Positions 1-7,961 of a stretch of 63,357 bases of DNA are shown one piece after another (positions within the stretch are counted from its first letter, which is position 1; each line of letters begins with the position of its first letter). This DNA comes from Thermoplasmatota archaeon (GTDB lineage Archaea > Thermoplasmatota > E2 > JACPAO01 > JAHFTW01): NCBI GenBank assembly GCA_041659985.1, contig JBAZXE010000004.1:1-63357 (forward strand), written 5' to 3'. The position numbers were made by a program, and so were the translations under genes. Below the pieces are notes generated by a model, which saw nothing but the letters and a program-made list of their open reading frames with translations, was not told the DNA's origin and searched no databases.

Positions 1-722
1 CAGCCCAGGAATGCGACGATCCAGTTGTTGGTGGATTGGTCGGCGCTTTCGTAAGGGCGCGTGCCGAACTTGTGGCCAAGGGAGTTGACGGTCCACGTGA
101 TGTGGTGGCCGATGAACACACGGAGCTGGCCGCCCCACACGAACCCATTGAGAGCACCAAGAGCGGTCCCCGAGATGGCGTAGCCAATCGCTGCCGGGGC
201 AACGAGCCCAAGGCCTGCCCAGACCCACCAGGTGCGCGTGACGAACCGCACGATGGGGTCGGTCATGAGTTTGTCGTGGGCCAGGCCGTTGCGCACGAAT
301 CGGTCGCGCAGGAGCCAGAGGAAGTGGGCGTGCCAGAAGCCGTCTTGGGGGCTGTGAGGATCGCCGTTGCGGTCGGACCTGGAGTGGTGACGCGTGTGGG
401 TGGCAGCCCAATCAGCAGCGGGCCCCTGCAATGCCATGGAGCCCGCGATCAGAAGGATGAGCCTCGTGGGGGCGCGCATCGTGACGGCCTTGTGGGTGAG
501 CATGCGGTGGAAGCCGACGCTGATGCCGAGGCCCGTGAAGGTCCACATTCCCAGGAGAAGTGCAATGTCGGCCCGGCTTGGTCCGAGGCCGAGCCCGGGG
601 GACGCGATGGCGTACACCGCGGCGAGGGCAGGCAGGATCAGCGCGGCGACAACGATGGCCTTGTGGCCGGTCGAATCCTTGTGGAAGGGGAACGGGTCGT
701 GCGTCGCCGCAGCGCCTGGCAT
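1..722 (-). CDS. Membrane fatty-acid desaturase (acyl-CoA/acyl-lipid delta-9 type), 3' end cut by window edge
   Basis: Not listed as an ORF. My own minus-strand translation from ATG 722 reads MPGAAATHDPFPFHKDSTGHKAIVVAALIL...GFHRMLTHKAV...THTRHHSRSDRNGDPHSPQDGFWHAHFLW...IGHHITWTVNSLGHKFG with no stop down to position 1. His boxes HRxxxH and HxxHH plus TM helices are the desaturase signature. The + strand ORFs 36..863 and 394..828 are antisense shadows. Confidence 0.8.
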   Translation of the reverse strand, partial: MPGAAATHDPFPFHKDSTGHKAIVVAALILPALAAVYAIASPGLGLGPSRADIALLLGMWTFTGLGISVGFHRMLTHKAVTMRAPTRLILLIAGSMALQGPAADWAATHTRHHSRSDRNGDPHSPQDGFWHAHFLWLLRDRFVRNGLAHDKLMTDPIVRFVTRTWWVWAGLGLVAPAAIGYAISGTALGALNGFVWGGQLRVFIGHHITWTVNSLGHKFGTRPYESADQSTNNWIVAFLG

Positions 723-873
723 CGAATCGGAATCGGCACACGCGAGGGCCTCAAAGTTTGTCGTCAGGGGGTGCAGGCAACCTGGGCCGGATTCGGGCGC
801 AATTCCAGTGACGAGCCTTGGACCATAACGAGAGCAGTGCTCAGCTCGCCGCCAGGTTTCTGACGGGACACCA

Positions 874-885
874 GACCTATCGGGG
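874..885. promoter_or_regulatory. 12-nt copy (GACCTATCGGGG) of the palindromic copper-island motif, copy C
   Basis: Exact 12-mer shared with 3465..3476 and 5626..5637. Lies in the 240-nt gap between the MCO stop (964) and the desaturase start (722). Confidence 0.4.
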
Positions 886-963
886 TTAGCGTCCCTGCTC
901 GTCCTTGTCCGGCGCCGCAAACGGCCACGGCTACAAACCGGAGAAAACCCAATTGCGGCCGCG

Positions 964-2313
964 TCAATGCTCGTGGCCTCCGCGTTCTTGCAGGATGCGC
1001 ATGGCTTCCGTGGCGCAGTCGGCCGAGGTTGCCATTGCGAACGCGTCAATGCCTTCGAAGCCATCGTACGGCATGCATGCCATGATTCCTCCGGGGTGGA
1101 CGTTGTCGTTGGCTGCGTACTGCGTCATGCCGTCGTGGATGATCCAGATGCCCGGGTTCTCCATTTTGATGACGAAGTCGTAACGTTCACCAGGAGCAAT
1201 AGCCAACGTGTCGGCCCGGTACGGCGAGTCGAGAAGGTAGCCGTCCTTCGCAATGACATTCATCGTGTGGCCATGGGGGTGCCAGGTGTGTAGAAGGTTG
1301 CCGGCATTGATGAGGCGGAACCGCACGGTTTCCCCTTCCCGGGCAGGGAAGACTGGCGTCTCGGGGAACGCCTTGCCGTTGACGAGGAACGTGTTGTACA
1401 GCGGATTGTAGAGCGGATGCGTCTCCGGCCACCATTGCCGCGGCGTCTGCTGGACGGGCGTGGCTCCATGCTGGTGCGCGCGCATGCAGCCGGCTGCGAC
1501 GAGGGCGTTGCTGCGTTCTGGCTCCGGAATATTGGCGAATGCGGTCACCATGGCGGGGCAATACGTGTCCTTGGCTGCTTGTGGCACGGTGGAATTCGCC
1601 GTCTGTCCCGCTTGGGAGACCGCACGGTTCTGGGCGAAGTTGTCCATGAGGAACCGGTAGTAGCATTCGGACTGCGCCTGGTAGTCGGCGCTGGATTCCT
1701 GGCCATTGCCGGCCACCGGTACGGGGTCGAGGTTGCCGTGGACGTGGCAGGAGTCGAATTCGTCCAGGAAGATGACGTAGTCGCGGTCGGCCTTGACGGG
1801 TGGATTCCGCTCCTCGACGATGAGCGCGCCGTACATGCCGAAGTCCGTGTGGTGCGCGGCGTCAACGTGGCAGTGGTACCAGTACGTTCCTGCCTTCAGG
1901 TTGGCGTACGTGTACGTGTGCTCTTGGCCGGATGCGATTGGGTACTGCGTCAGGTAGTCTACGCCGTCCTCCTCCCAGGGAATCAGGCCGCCGTGCAAAT
2001 GGATGGTGTGCGAGAGGGCGTTCGGGTTGGTGACGTGGATGATGACGGTGTCGCCTTCCTTCACGCGGATTTCCGGTCCCGGGATGGCCTGCGGGTCATC
2101 GGGGTTCGCCTTGAACGTGATGGCCACGGCGCGTTGCTCGGAGAGGTCGTTCCGCGGGTAGAGGGCCACGGTTCCGCTGGAGCCGGCTTCGACGAAGAGG
2201 TCGAACTCATGCGTCTGGGGTTTCCATGTGGCCGCGTCATCGCCTGAGAAGCAACCGCCCAGCGAGATGACGACGGCCATGACACCCAAAGCCATTGCGA
2301 AAGGACTGTTCAT
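964..2313 (-). CDS. Two-domain multicopper oxidase, lipoprotein (type-1 Cu site in N-terminal domain only; type-C-like)
   Basis: ORF 964..2358. Likely start is ATG 2313 (MNSPFAMALGVMAVVISLGGC lipobox). Domain 1 has HTIHLHG and WYHCHVDAAHHTDFGM. Domain 2 has HTWHPHGH but IWIIHDG where HCH is expected. ATG 2313..2311 overlaps TGA 2312..2310 of the upstream gene (ATGA). Confidence 0.85.
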   Translation of the reverse strand: MNSPFAMALGVMAVVISLGGCFSGDDAATWKPQTHEFDLFVEAGSSGTVALYPRNDLSEQRAVAITFKANPDDPQAIPGPEIRVKEGDTVIIHVTNPNALSHTIHLHGGLIPWEEDGVDYLTQYPIASGQEHTYTYANLKAGTYWYHCHVDAAHHTDFGMYGALIVEERNPPVKADRDYVIFLDEFDSCHVHGNLDPVPVAGNGQESSADYQAQSECYYRFLMDNFAQNRAVSQAGQTANSTVPQAAKDTYCPAMVTAFANIPEPERSNALVAAGCMRAHQHGATPVQQTPRQWWPETHPLYNPLYNTFLVNGKAFPETPVFPAREGETVRFRLINAGNLLHTWHPHGHTMNVIAKDGYLLDSPYRADTLAIAPGERYDFVIKMENPGIWIIHDGMTQYAANDNVHPGGIMACMPYDGFEGIDAFAMATSADCATEAMRILQERGGHEH

Positions 2314-3461
2314 GGAGTTCCGCCTCGCATCGAGATCCAATCTTGGTCGAACGCCCACGCGAGGTGTTCCTCGTCGTCCGCGGATGGCAAAGATTCGGCC
2401 AGGTAGGCTTCCATAGCGTCGGCGGGGAGCGTCTGTCCATGGGCCGTGACGCAGGAGTTGACGTGGTTTCCGACGCGGCGGTGGAATCGAAGGTCAGGCG
2501 CATACAATGGGACTTGGCCTTTGGCGCGGTGCCGATTCAGTTCCTCGAGGATGCTTTGGACCTCGGCTGCGTAGAGGCTGCGGTTGTGCTCGTTGAGGGC
2601 TTGCCGGTTGGCCTCAGCTGGGTTCGTTACCTCGTCGAAGCGGCCCTTCAGGCCCCATTCGTAGGCCCAAGCCGCGGTGCTGCTGCTTTCCTTGCCGAAG
2701 CAATCGTAGGCAGCGCTCACCCACCAGTTGACGTACTTCTGCAGGATGGGCGTCGGAATCACGCCGGCTTGCACAATCCGTTTCAGGCCGGTGACGCCGG
2801 TGCCGAGGTGAAAGGCCTCCTCCTTGAGCATCGGCCCCATGCTGGCCGCGATTGGCCAGAACGCGCATTGGTGTAGCATGGCCAATTGATACTTGCCGTC
2901 GCGGTCCATGAAGGCCGTGAAGCAGAACAGGTCCACCCAGTGGCGCACCTGGTCGTTGAAGGCCTTCAGCAAGCGCGTCCCTTTGGTGGCCCGCCTCTCG
3001 AGCAAACCGGCGGCCTCCTGCCGGCCGGCGTCGCCAAAGTTCGTGGTCAGGATGTGTGCCATCTGGAGCCCGTGCCGCATCTCCTCCGCGTTGATGCGAA
3101 CCAGGGACTTGGCATCGTAGTCGCTGGGCGCCACGTCCAGGAGATGGCGTTGCTGCTCGACGCTGGCGAATTCGGTGTCGCCCTGGACGCGGAGCAAGTC
3201 CAGCAACGCGTCCCGGATTGGTTGCTGGGGCACGTCGCGGACGCTGCGCCATTTCAGCTGTCCTTTGAAGGCGCCGAAGCCGATGGTCGGCGCGGCCGAC
3301 TCGTCGTACTTGGGAACCATCAGAAAATCGCCGAGGCGGTCTACTGGGTAGCGAATGTCGGCTTGCCAATCGGCCAGCAGTCCTTCCCAGTTGGCGAAGG
3401 CTTCGTAGCCAGCCATGCGGTTCATGCCCGTTCTCAGGATGTACGCCCCATAGCCGCCCAC
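2310..3461 (-). CDS. BoxB-like diiron oxygenase (benzoyl-CoA 2,3-epoxidase subunit B family)
   Basis: 383-aa ORF. Blocks QGDTEFASVEQQRHLL, RINAEEMRHG, FMDRDGKYQLAML, MLKEEAFHLGTG, ILQKYVNWW and GLKGRFDE match, from memory, the conserved blocks of BoxB of Azoarcus/Aromatoleum. The N-terminus is shorter than BoxB. Start is uncertain (GTG 3461, ATG 3425 or ATG 3416). Confidence 0.7.
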   Translation of the reverse strand: MGGYGAYILRTGMNRMAGYEAFANWEGLLADWQADIRYPVDRLGDFLMVPKYDESAAPTIGFGAFKGQLKWRSVRDVPQQPIRDALLDLLRVQGDTEFASVEQQRHLLDVAPSDYDAKSLVRINAEEMRHGLQMAHILTTNFGDAGRQEAAGLLERRATKGTRLLKAFNDQVRHWVDLFCFTAFMDRDGKYQLAMLHQCAFWPIAASMGPMLKEEAFHLGTGVTGLKRIVQAGVIPTPILQKYVNWWVSAAYDCFGKESSSTAAWAYEWGLKGRFDEVTNPAEANRQALNEHNRSLYAAEVQSILEELNRHRAKGQVPLYAPDLRFHRRVGNHVNSCVTAHGQTLPADAMEAYLAESLPSADDEEHLAWAFDQDWISMRGGTP

Positions 3462-3476
3462 CCCGACCTATCGGGG
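3461..3476. promoter_or_regulatory. 16-nt palindromic motif CCCCGACCTATCGGGG, copy A
   Basis: Arms CCCCGA and TCGGGG are inverted around CCTA. An identical 16-mer is at 5622..5637. Sits in the divergent intergenic region between the BoxB-like gene and the HTH_10 regulator. A partial inverted copy CCGATAGGT is at 3536..3544. Confidence 0.5.
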
Positions 3477-3551
3477 CCCCTCAGGGAGGAGTGATTCTCA
3501 TGCGTGGGAATCGAGGCAAAGTGTTTCCTCCCCAGCCGATAGGTAGTCGTC

Positions 3552-4184
3552 ATGGCTTGGCGCACCGCCACCGTCATCCTGGAAAAGGCGAGCTGCCCCG
3601 CGGTGGCTGCCCTTGGGCCGGGGTCACGGCTACAATGCGCACGCCAAGGTGCCGGCAGCCCACCCGTTGGCTGGCTCGAGGGCAAGGCCCCGGCTGGCTG
3701 GAAGACCATCGCGCAAGGCCAAGGAGGCCGCCTCGCCACCAACCCGTCCCTTGCGTGCTCGCAATGCCCGCTGGCCAAGGCCCTGTCCGGGCTGGTTGTC
3801 TCCGACACGCTAGTGCGCGACGCTGGCGTTTTCGTTCGTTTTCTGTACGAGGATCCGGAATCCCTGCAGAACGCATTGCAGGATCTCGCCTCCGCCGGCC
3901 AGGGGCCGCGGCTGCAAGGATGCAGCAACGGCGGCCTGCGTGGCCATCCTGCATCGGCACCCCAAGCCTTGACGGCGCGGCAGGAGGAATGTCTGCGCCT
4001 TGCCCAGCAGCTTGGCTACTTCGACGCCGACCGCCGAGCCTCCGTGCGTGATCTGGCCGACGCCATGGGTTGCCATGCGGCGACCGCGCACGAGCACCTA
4101 CGCAAGGCCGTCCAGAAGGCGGTCGCCGCCTGCGCCCCCGTCCCAACGCGAGCCACGCAAGCTGCCGACGGACTCGCCGCTTGA
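3552..4184 (+). CDS. HTH_10 (bacterio-opsin-activator-type) transcriptional regulator
   Basis: C-terminal LTARQEECLRLAQQLGYFDADRRASVRDLADAMGCHAATAHEHLRKAVQK is the archaeal HTH_10 DNA-binding domain. Divergent from the BoxB-like/MCO pair. The N-terminal start is uncertain. Confidence 0.7.
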   Translation: MAWRTATVILEKASCPAVAALGPGSRLQCARQGAGSPPVGWLEGKAPAGWKTIAQGQGGRLATNPSLACSQCPLAKALSGLVVSDTLVRDAGVFVRFLYEDPESLQNALQDLASAGQGPRLQGCSNGGLRGHPASAPQALTARQEECLRLAQQLGYFDADRRASVRDLADAMGCHAATAHEHLRKAVQKAVAACAPVPTRATQAADGLAA

Positions 4185-4245
4185 GCGAGGCCCTGGGTGC
4201 CTTCGACTCCGCCTTGGCATGGGCAGAGCACGGGGGGTCGCAGGT

Positions 4246-4770
4246 TCACTCGATAACGAGGGTGGCCTTCATGCCTTCTTCGAAGTGCCCTGGGACGAAG
4301 CAGCCAATTTCCCAGGTTCCCTTCAACTCGTCCGGGAACGTGGCGCGAATCCAGACCTGGCCGCCTGGTCCGATTTCGATTTCAGCCAAACCTCGTTCGG
4401 TGGCGACCTCCGTCTTCGCCGGTTGGTACACGAAGACGTCAGCAGCCACGTCTTCGAACAGGAGCTCCTCGAAGCCATGCGGCATGCCATCTTCGTTGGC
4501 GACGGTTCGACCGAACATGATCTCGTGCAAGACTGCGCCATCGTTTTGGACATGGATGCCGATGGTCTTTCCAGCATTGATGTGGAATGCGCCACCGTGG
4601 ACCCCGGACGCGTCTGCAAGGAAGTCGTCGCCCATGGTGATGAAGACGGTTTGTTCGACGCGGCTTGGCTGGGGGGCCAAGGTTGAATCGGCAGCATCTG
4701 GCGATTGCGTGCATCCGCTAAAGAAGGCCGTGAAAACGAGCGAGGCGACAACAAGGAGTTGCTTGGCCAT
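4246..4770 (-). CDS. Cupredoxin-fold type-1 copper protein, lipoprotein
   Basis: MAKQLLVVASLVFTAFFSGC lipobox. His in VLHEIMFG and C-terminal GCFVPGHFEEGM (Cys-x4-His-x4-Met) give a blue-copper ligand set. Confidence 0.85.
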   Translation of the reverse strand: MAKQLLVVASLVFTAFFSGCTQSPDAADSTLAPQPSRVEQTVFITMGDDFLADASGVHGGAFHINAGKTIGIHVQNDGAVLHEIMFGRTVANEDGMPHGFEELLFEDVAADVFVYQPAKTEVATERGLAEIEIGPGGQVWIRATFPDELKGTWEIGCFVPGHFEEGMKATLVIE

Positions 4771-4883
4771 GAGCCGACAAACGGCTGGGGTCTCCTAGTT
4801 CTATCGCCTCGCCGCGACCGGTGCACGACTGGACTGGCTGCAACCGCCCCTTAACCCACCTCTGTCCGCGTGGTGAGTGAAGG

Positions 4884-5177
4884 TCACTTGGGTTTGTAGG
4901 TCCAAACCGAGTAAACCAGGACAGCGAAGCCGGCGAGGGTGAATAGGCCCTCAATGATGTGCGCTTGATCCAGGGAGAGGCCCAGCGCCTGGAAGGCCAA
5001 CCCCTCCGCAACTGCAGCGATGGTCATCAGGACGACCGCGATGAACAGGACCAAGATGCCACGGTTCGGTTGCCGCCGGTAGGCGCGCCACGTGATGCCA
5101 AGGAACACGGCGCCCAAGGCGACGGTGATAATCTTGATGATGCTTAGGAGCAGGATTGGGTCCGTTGGGTCCGCCAT
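4884..5177 (-). CDS. Small integral membrane protein (3 TM) co-transcribed with the ArsR-type regulator
   Basis: 97 aa and hydrophobic (ILLLSIIKIITVALGAVFLGI, ILVLFIAVVLMTIAAVA, LFTLAGFAVLVYSVW). Starts 3 nt after the stop of 5181..5537. Confidence 0.65.
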   Translation of the reverse strand: MADPTDPILLLSIIKIITVALGAVFLGITWRAYRRQPNRGILVLFIAVVLMTIAAVAEGLAFQALGLSLDQAHIIEGLFTLAGFAVLVYSVWTYKPK

Positions 5178-5180
5178 TGT

Positions 5181-5537
5181 CTAGCCTCGCAAGGAATTCC
5201 ACATGTGTTGGAGTCGTTCGTCCAGGGATGAATTGAGGTCCCACGTCACGCGCAAGCCGTCCGCGTCCATTTCAATTCGGCACGACTTGAGCGTCGAGCG
5301 GTACAGGTCGTATGGCTTGCCGTCGTGGGTCATGGCGCTGCGTTCGACGTAGAGCAGGCCGTCTTCCACGAGGCCATTGACGTGGCGGTAGGCCGACGGC
5401 AGGGGGATGCCGGTCTTGTCGCTCAGGTCCTTGACGGAGTGCGCTTTCAGGATACAGTGGGACATGATGTGCCGGGCGGACTCCGAGTTGAGGGCCGCCA
5501 CGACCTTCTCCTCCCGGACTTGGACCACCCGCACCAT
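5181..5537 (-). CDS. ArsR-family winged-helix transcriptional regulator
   Basis: 118 aa. HSVKDLSDKTGIPLPSAYRHVNGLVEDGLLYV is a typical wHTH recognition region. Confidence 0.8.
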   Translation of the reverse strand: MVRVVQVREEKVVAALNSESARHIMSHCILKAHSVKDLSDKTGIPLPSAYRHVNGLVEDGLLYVERSAMTHDGKPYDLYRSTLKSCRIEMDADGLRVTWDLNSSLDERLQHMWNSLRG

Positions 5538-5621
5538 GATGATTGGCGCTGCTCATCCTCTGAGATGAGAATAACCCATCCATGCGCTAGTCGTCCTGCT
5601 TAACTGAACCGTGACCCCGGG

Positions 5622-5637
5622 CCCCGACCTATCGGGG
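5622..5637. promoter_or_regulatory. 16-nt palindromic motif CCCCGACCTATCGGGG, copy B
   Basis: Identical to 3461..3476. Lies in the divergent region between arsR (start 5537) and the membrane protein (ATG 5674). A CTTAAC box is at 5599..5604. Confidence 0.5.
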
Positions 5638-5673
5638 CCGCACCTCAAGTCATGCAACGCTGAAGCAGCGGCA

Positions 5674-6471
5674 ATGCGGATGCTCCTCGCCGTGCTCGCC
5701 GCAGGAATCTTGGTTGGCCTTGCATCCCTGCTGGCCACCCGCGCTGCTACGGCGTGGGCTGGATTCTTGGCCGCGGCCCCCATCACGCCAACGCTGGCTG
5801 TCCTGGGCTCAACGGCGCTCCAGCCTCAGGATTTGCTGAATGGTCTCCCGATCGTTGCGGGTGCGACCGGGGCGATGGCCGTGGCCCTTCTTCTACAACG
5901 CAAGCGGTGGATGCCGACTCCAGCCCTCGTCATCCTTGTAGGCATTCCACTCCTATTGCCGATGGCCAAAAATGTTCCATCCGGCGTGCTGTTCATCGCG
6001 GTCGCCGCGGTCTGCCTCAGCCTCGACGTCGCGCTACCGATTGCGCCCCCGGGGGCCCGGGCCCGGCGATTTCCTTGGTACGCTTCGGGGATTCTGGGCG
6101 GCCTAGCCTTCGCGGCGATTCTGGCAGCCGCTTCTGCCGTGCCAGCCATCGCGCCTTTGGTCGCGATGTACCCGGCCCTCCTGGTGATCTCGTTGGCAGC
6201 CATTCGCTTCGGCGCAGGGCCCGATGCCGCCTTGCGAGTATGCCGTGCGGCCTTGGGAGCCAACGTCGCGGTGGCCACTTTCGCGGCCACACCCGCGCTA
6301 TTCCCCCGAGTTTCCTCGGCGATTTCACTTGTGCTGGCCTGGATGGTCTTTGCCCTCGTTGCCGGAGTGTGGCCCCTCCTGGTCCGTTCCCTTCGTATGC
6401 AAATCCCGCCCGCTGCGACTCCAAGCCCCGCACCATGCCCGAACCCACCCTGTGTCGATTCTCGCCTCTGA
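5674..6471 (+). CDS. Polytopic membrane protein, unknown function
   Basis: Ala/Leu-rich hydrophobic ORF (listed as 5611..6471). Start taken at ATG 5674 (MRMLLAVLAAGILVGL). Support is weaker than for its neighbours because several long alternative frames exist here. Confidence 0.55.
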   Translation: MRMLLAVLAAGILVGLASLLATRAATAWAGFLAAAPITPTLAVLGSTALQPQDLLNGLPIVAGATGAMAVALLLQRKRWMPTPALVILVGIPLLLPMAKNVPSGVLFIAVAAVCLSLDVALPIAPPGARARRFPWYASGILGGLAFAAILAAASAVPAIAPLVAMYPALLVISLAAIRFGAGPDAALRVCRAALGANVAVATFAATPALFPRVSSAISLVLAWMVFALVAGVWPLLVRSLRMQIPPAATPSPAPCPNPPCVDSRL

Positions 6472-6530
6472 GAATCACGCCCGAAAACCGGCCCCACGTT
6501 CTATGGATGACTCCTGCCTCACCGGAAACC

Positions 6531-6950
6531 ATGCCTCAACTCCGCGGCACCGCGACGCTGGCACTCGGACTGACTTTCCTCCTGCTTGCAGGCTGTTCCG
6601 CAGCCCCCGCCGAATCAGCGGAGGGGGGAGATTCCGATGACGCTTCCGACAGCCAACAAATCGTCATGCAGAACATGGCCTTCAGTCCGAAATCCATGAC
6701 CGTCCACGTTGGCGAAGCCGTCACCTGGGTCAACCAGGACTCGATGGGCCACACCGTCAGTGCCGACGACCCCGACCAGTGGGGCACCCCTGGATCTGGC
6801 GACAACTCGGCGGACTGGATGATGAAGGGCGACTCGTGGAGCCACACCTTCACCGAGCCGGGCACCTACCACTACTACTGCAAGCCGCACGCCTCCGGCT
6901 CCATGGGCAACCGCATGGGAATGGTCGGCACCGTTATCGTGGAGGCCTAG
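6531..6950 (+). CDS. Plastocyanin/halocyanin-like blue copper protein, lipoprotein
   Basis: C-terminal part of listed ORF 5754..6950. MPQLRGTATLALGLTFLLLAGC lipobox (alternative ATG 6507). Ligands GHTV ... YHYYCKPHASGSMGNRMGMVG (Cys, His, Met). Confidence 0.85.
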   Translation: MPQLRGTATLALGLTFLLLAGCSAAPAESAEGGDSDDASDSQQIVMQNMAFSPKSMTVHVGEAVTWVNQDSMGHTVSADDPDQWGTPGSGDNSADWMMKGDSWSHTFTEPGTYHYYCKPHASGSMGNRMGMVGTVIVEA

Positions 6951-6953
6951 ACG

Positions 6954-7961
6954 ATGGCTGAAGGCGCAAGCCAAAGTGGAGTCCCGGGCCGCCGCATGAT
7001 GGCCGTCGTGGCCGCCATTGCGTTCGCTGTCGGCGCCTTCGCGCCTGGCATCATCAAGGGAGTCGTCGAGGACGATTCCTGGAGCGCGCAGGCCGCAACT
7101 GGCCCCCAAGTGCGCGAATTCAACCTTGACATCAAGGCCGCCGACATCGACATGGGCGAAGGCACCGTTTGGCATGCTTGGACCTTCAACGGCACCGTCC
7201 CAGGCCCGACTCTGACGGCCAACGTCGGGGACATTATCCGCGTCACCGTCAAGAACAAGATGGACCTCATGCACAGCTTCCACACCCACCTCTCGCCCTA
7301 TGGGCTGGAGAGCGACGGGTCGCAGCTCAACATCATCACCGGCACCGGTTACATGGCCATGATTCACCCCGGTGACTCGTACACCTATGAGTTCCAGGCC
7401 ACCATCCCCGGCCTGTTCTACTACCACTGCCACAGCGCAGACGGCGACCACACCATCAGCGAACACATGGCGCAGGGCCTCTACGGTGCCATCATCATCA
7501 AGGGACCCGAAGAAGTCCCTGTTCGCGACGTGCCCCTGTTCATGGCAGAGCGCGGCTTCGATGCCAGCGATGGCGCCCCGTACTACATCATGAACGGCCA
7601 CGGATTGCCCGGCGGCGAACACAAGCTCGAAGAGATCTTCGCTGAAGGCGGCGTCGACGCCGTCGTCGCCCAGTTCGGTAAGACGCTGCCCGTCATCACA
7701 GGCAAAGTCGGCGAACCCGTCCGGCTCAGCGTCGTCAACATCGGCGATATGATCCACTCCTTCCACATGCACGCCATGACCGCGTACTACGTGGACCACG
7801 ACAAGGGCGACCCGGTCCCGGCCCAAGTCCTCGGCTTAATCCCCGGTGAAGCGGACCGCATCCTCATCACGCCCACCGAGCCCGGCGTCTGGCTCTTCCA
7901 CTGCCACGTCGTCAGCCACGCCGACGCAGGAATGATTGGCGTCTTCGTCGTGGAGGCCTAA
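6954..7961 (+). CDS. Two-domain multicopper oxidase with HCH/type-1 motifs in both domains (type-A-like), twin-arginine leader
   Basis: GRRMMAVVAAIAFAVGA leader. Domain 1 has HSFHTH and YYHCHSADGDHTISEHMAQGL. Domain 2 has HSFHMH and LFHCHVVSHADAGM. Starts 3 nt after the cupredoxin stop. Confidence 0.9.
   Translation: MAEGASQSGVPGRRMMAVVAAIAFAVGAFAPGIIKGVVEDDSWSAQAATGPQVREFNLDIKAADIDMGEGTVWHAWTFNGTVPGPTLTANVGDIIRVTVKNKMDLMHSFHTHLSPYGLESDGSQLNIITGTGYMAMIHPGDSYTYEFQATIPGLFYYHCHSADGDHTISEHMAQGLYGAIIIKGPEEVPVRDVPLFMAERGFDASDGAPYYIMNGHGLPGGEHKLEEIFAEGGVDAVVAQFGKTLPVITGKVGEPVRLSVVNIGDMIHSFHMHAMTAYYVDHDKGDPVPAQVLGLIPGEADRILITPTEPGVWLFHCHVVSHADAGMIGVFVVEA

Noticed and set aside
36-863. 275-aa + strand ORF (and nested ORFs 394..828, 560..811) at the window start
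   Set aside because: It is antisense to a clean desaturase reading frame with His boxes. The product is Gly/Arg/Ala/Val-rich with no motif, which is typical of a shadow frame in GC-rich DNA.
5754-6530. N-terminal 259 codons of the listed 398-aa ORF 5754..6950
   Set aside because: This part is Arg/Pro/Gly-rich and overlaps the hydrophobic membrane ORF in another frame. The recognisable cupredoxin begins with its own lipoprotein signal at ATG 6531 (or 6507).
6615-7826. 403-aa minus-strand ORF
   Set aside because: It is antisense to the type-A-like MCO. Its Asp/Val/Gly/His-rich composition mirrors the sense codons, and it has no motif.
6954-7961. Calling this two-domain copper protein a NirK nitrite reductase
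   Set aside because: NirK has a His-Cys dipeptide followed by a non-His residue, and a mononuclear type-2 site. Here both domains show HxxHxH plus H-C-H, the multicopper-oxidase trinuclear-cluster pattern.
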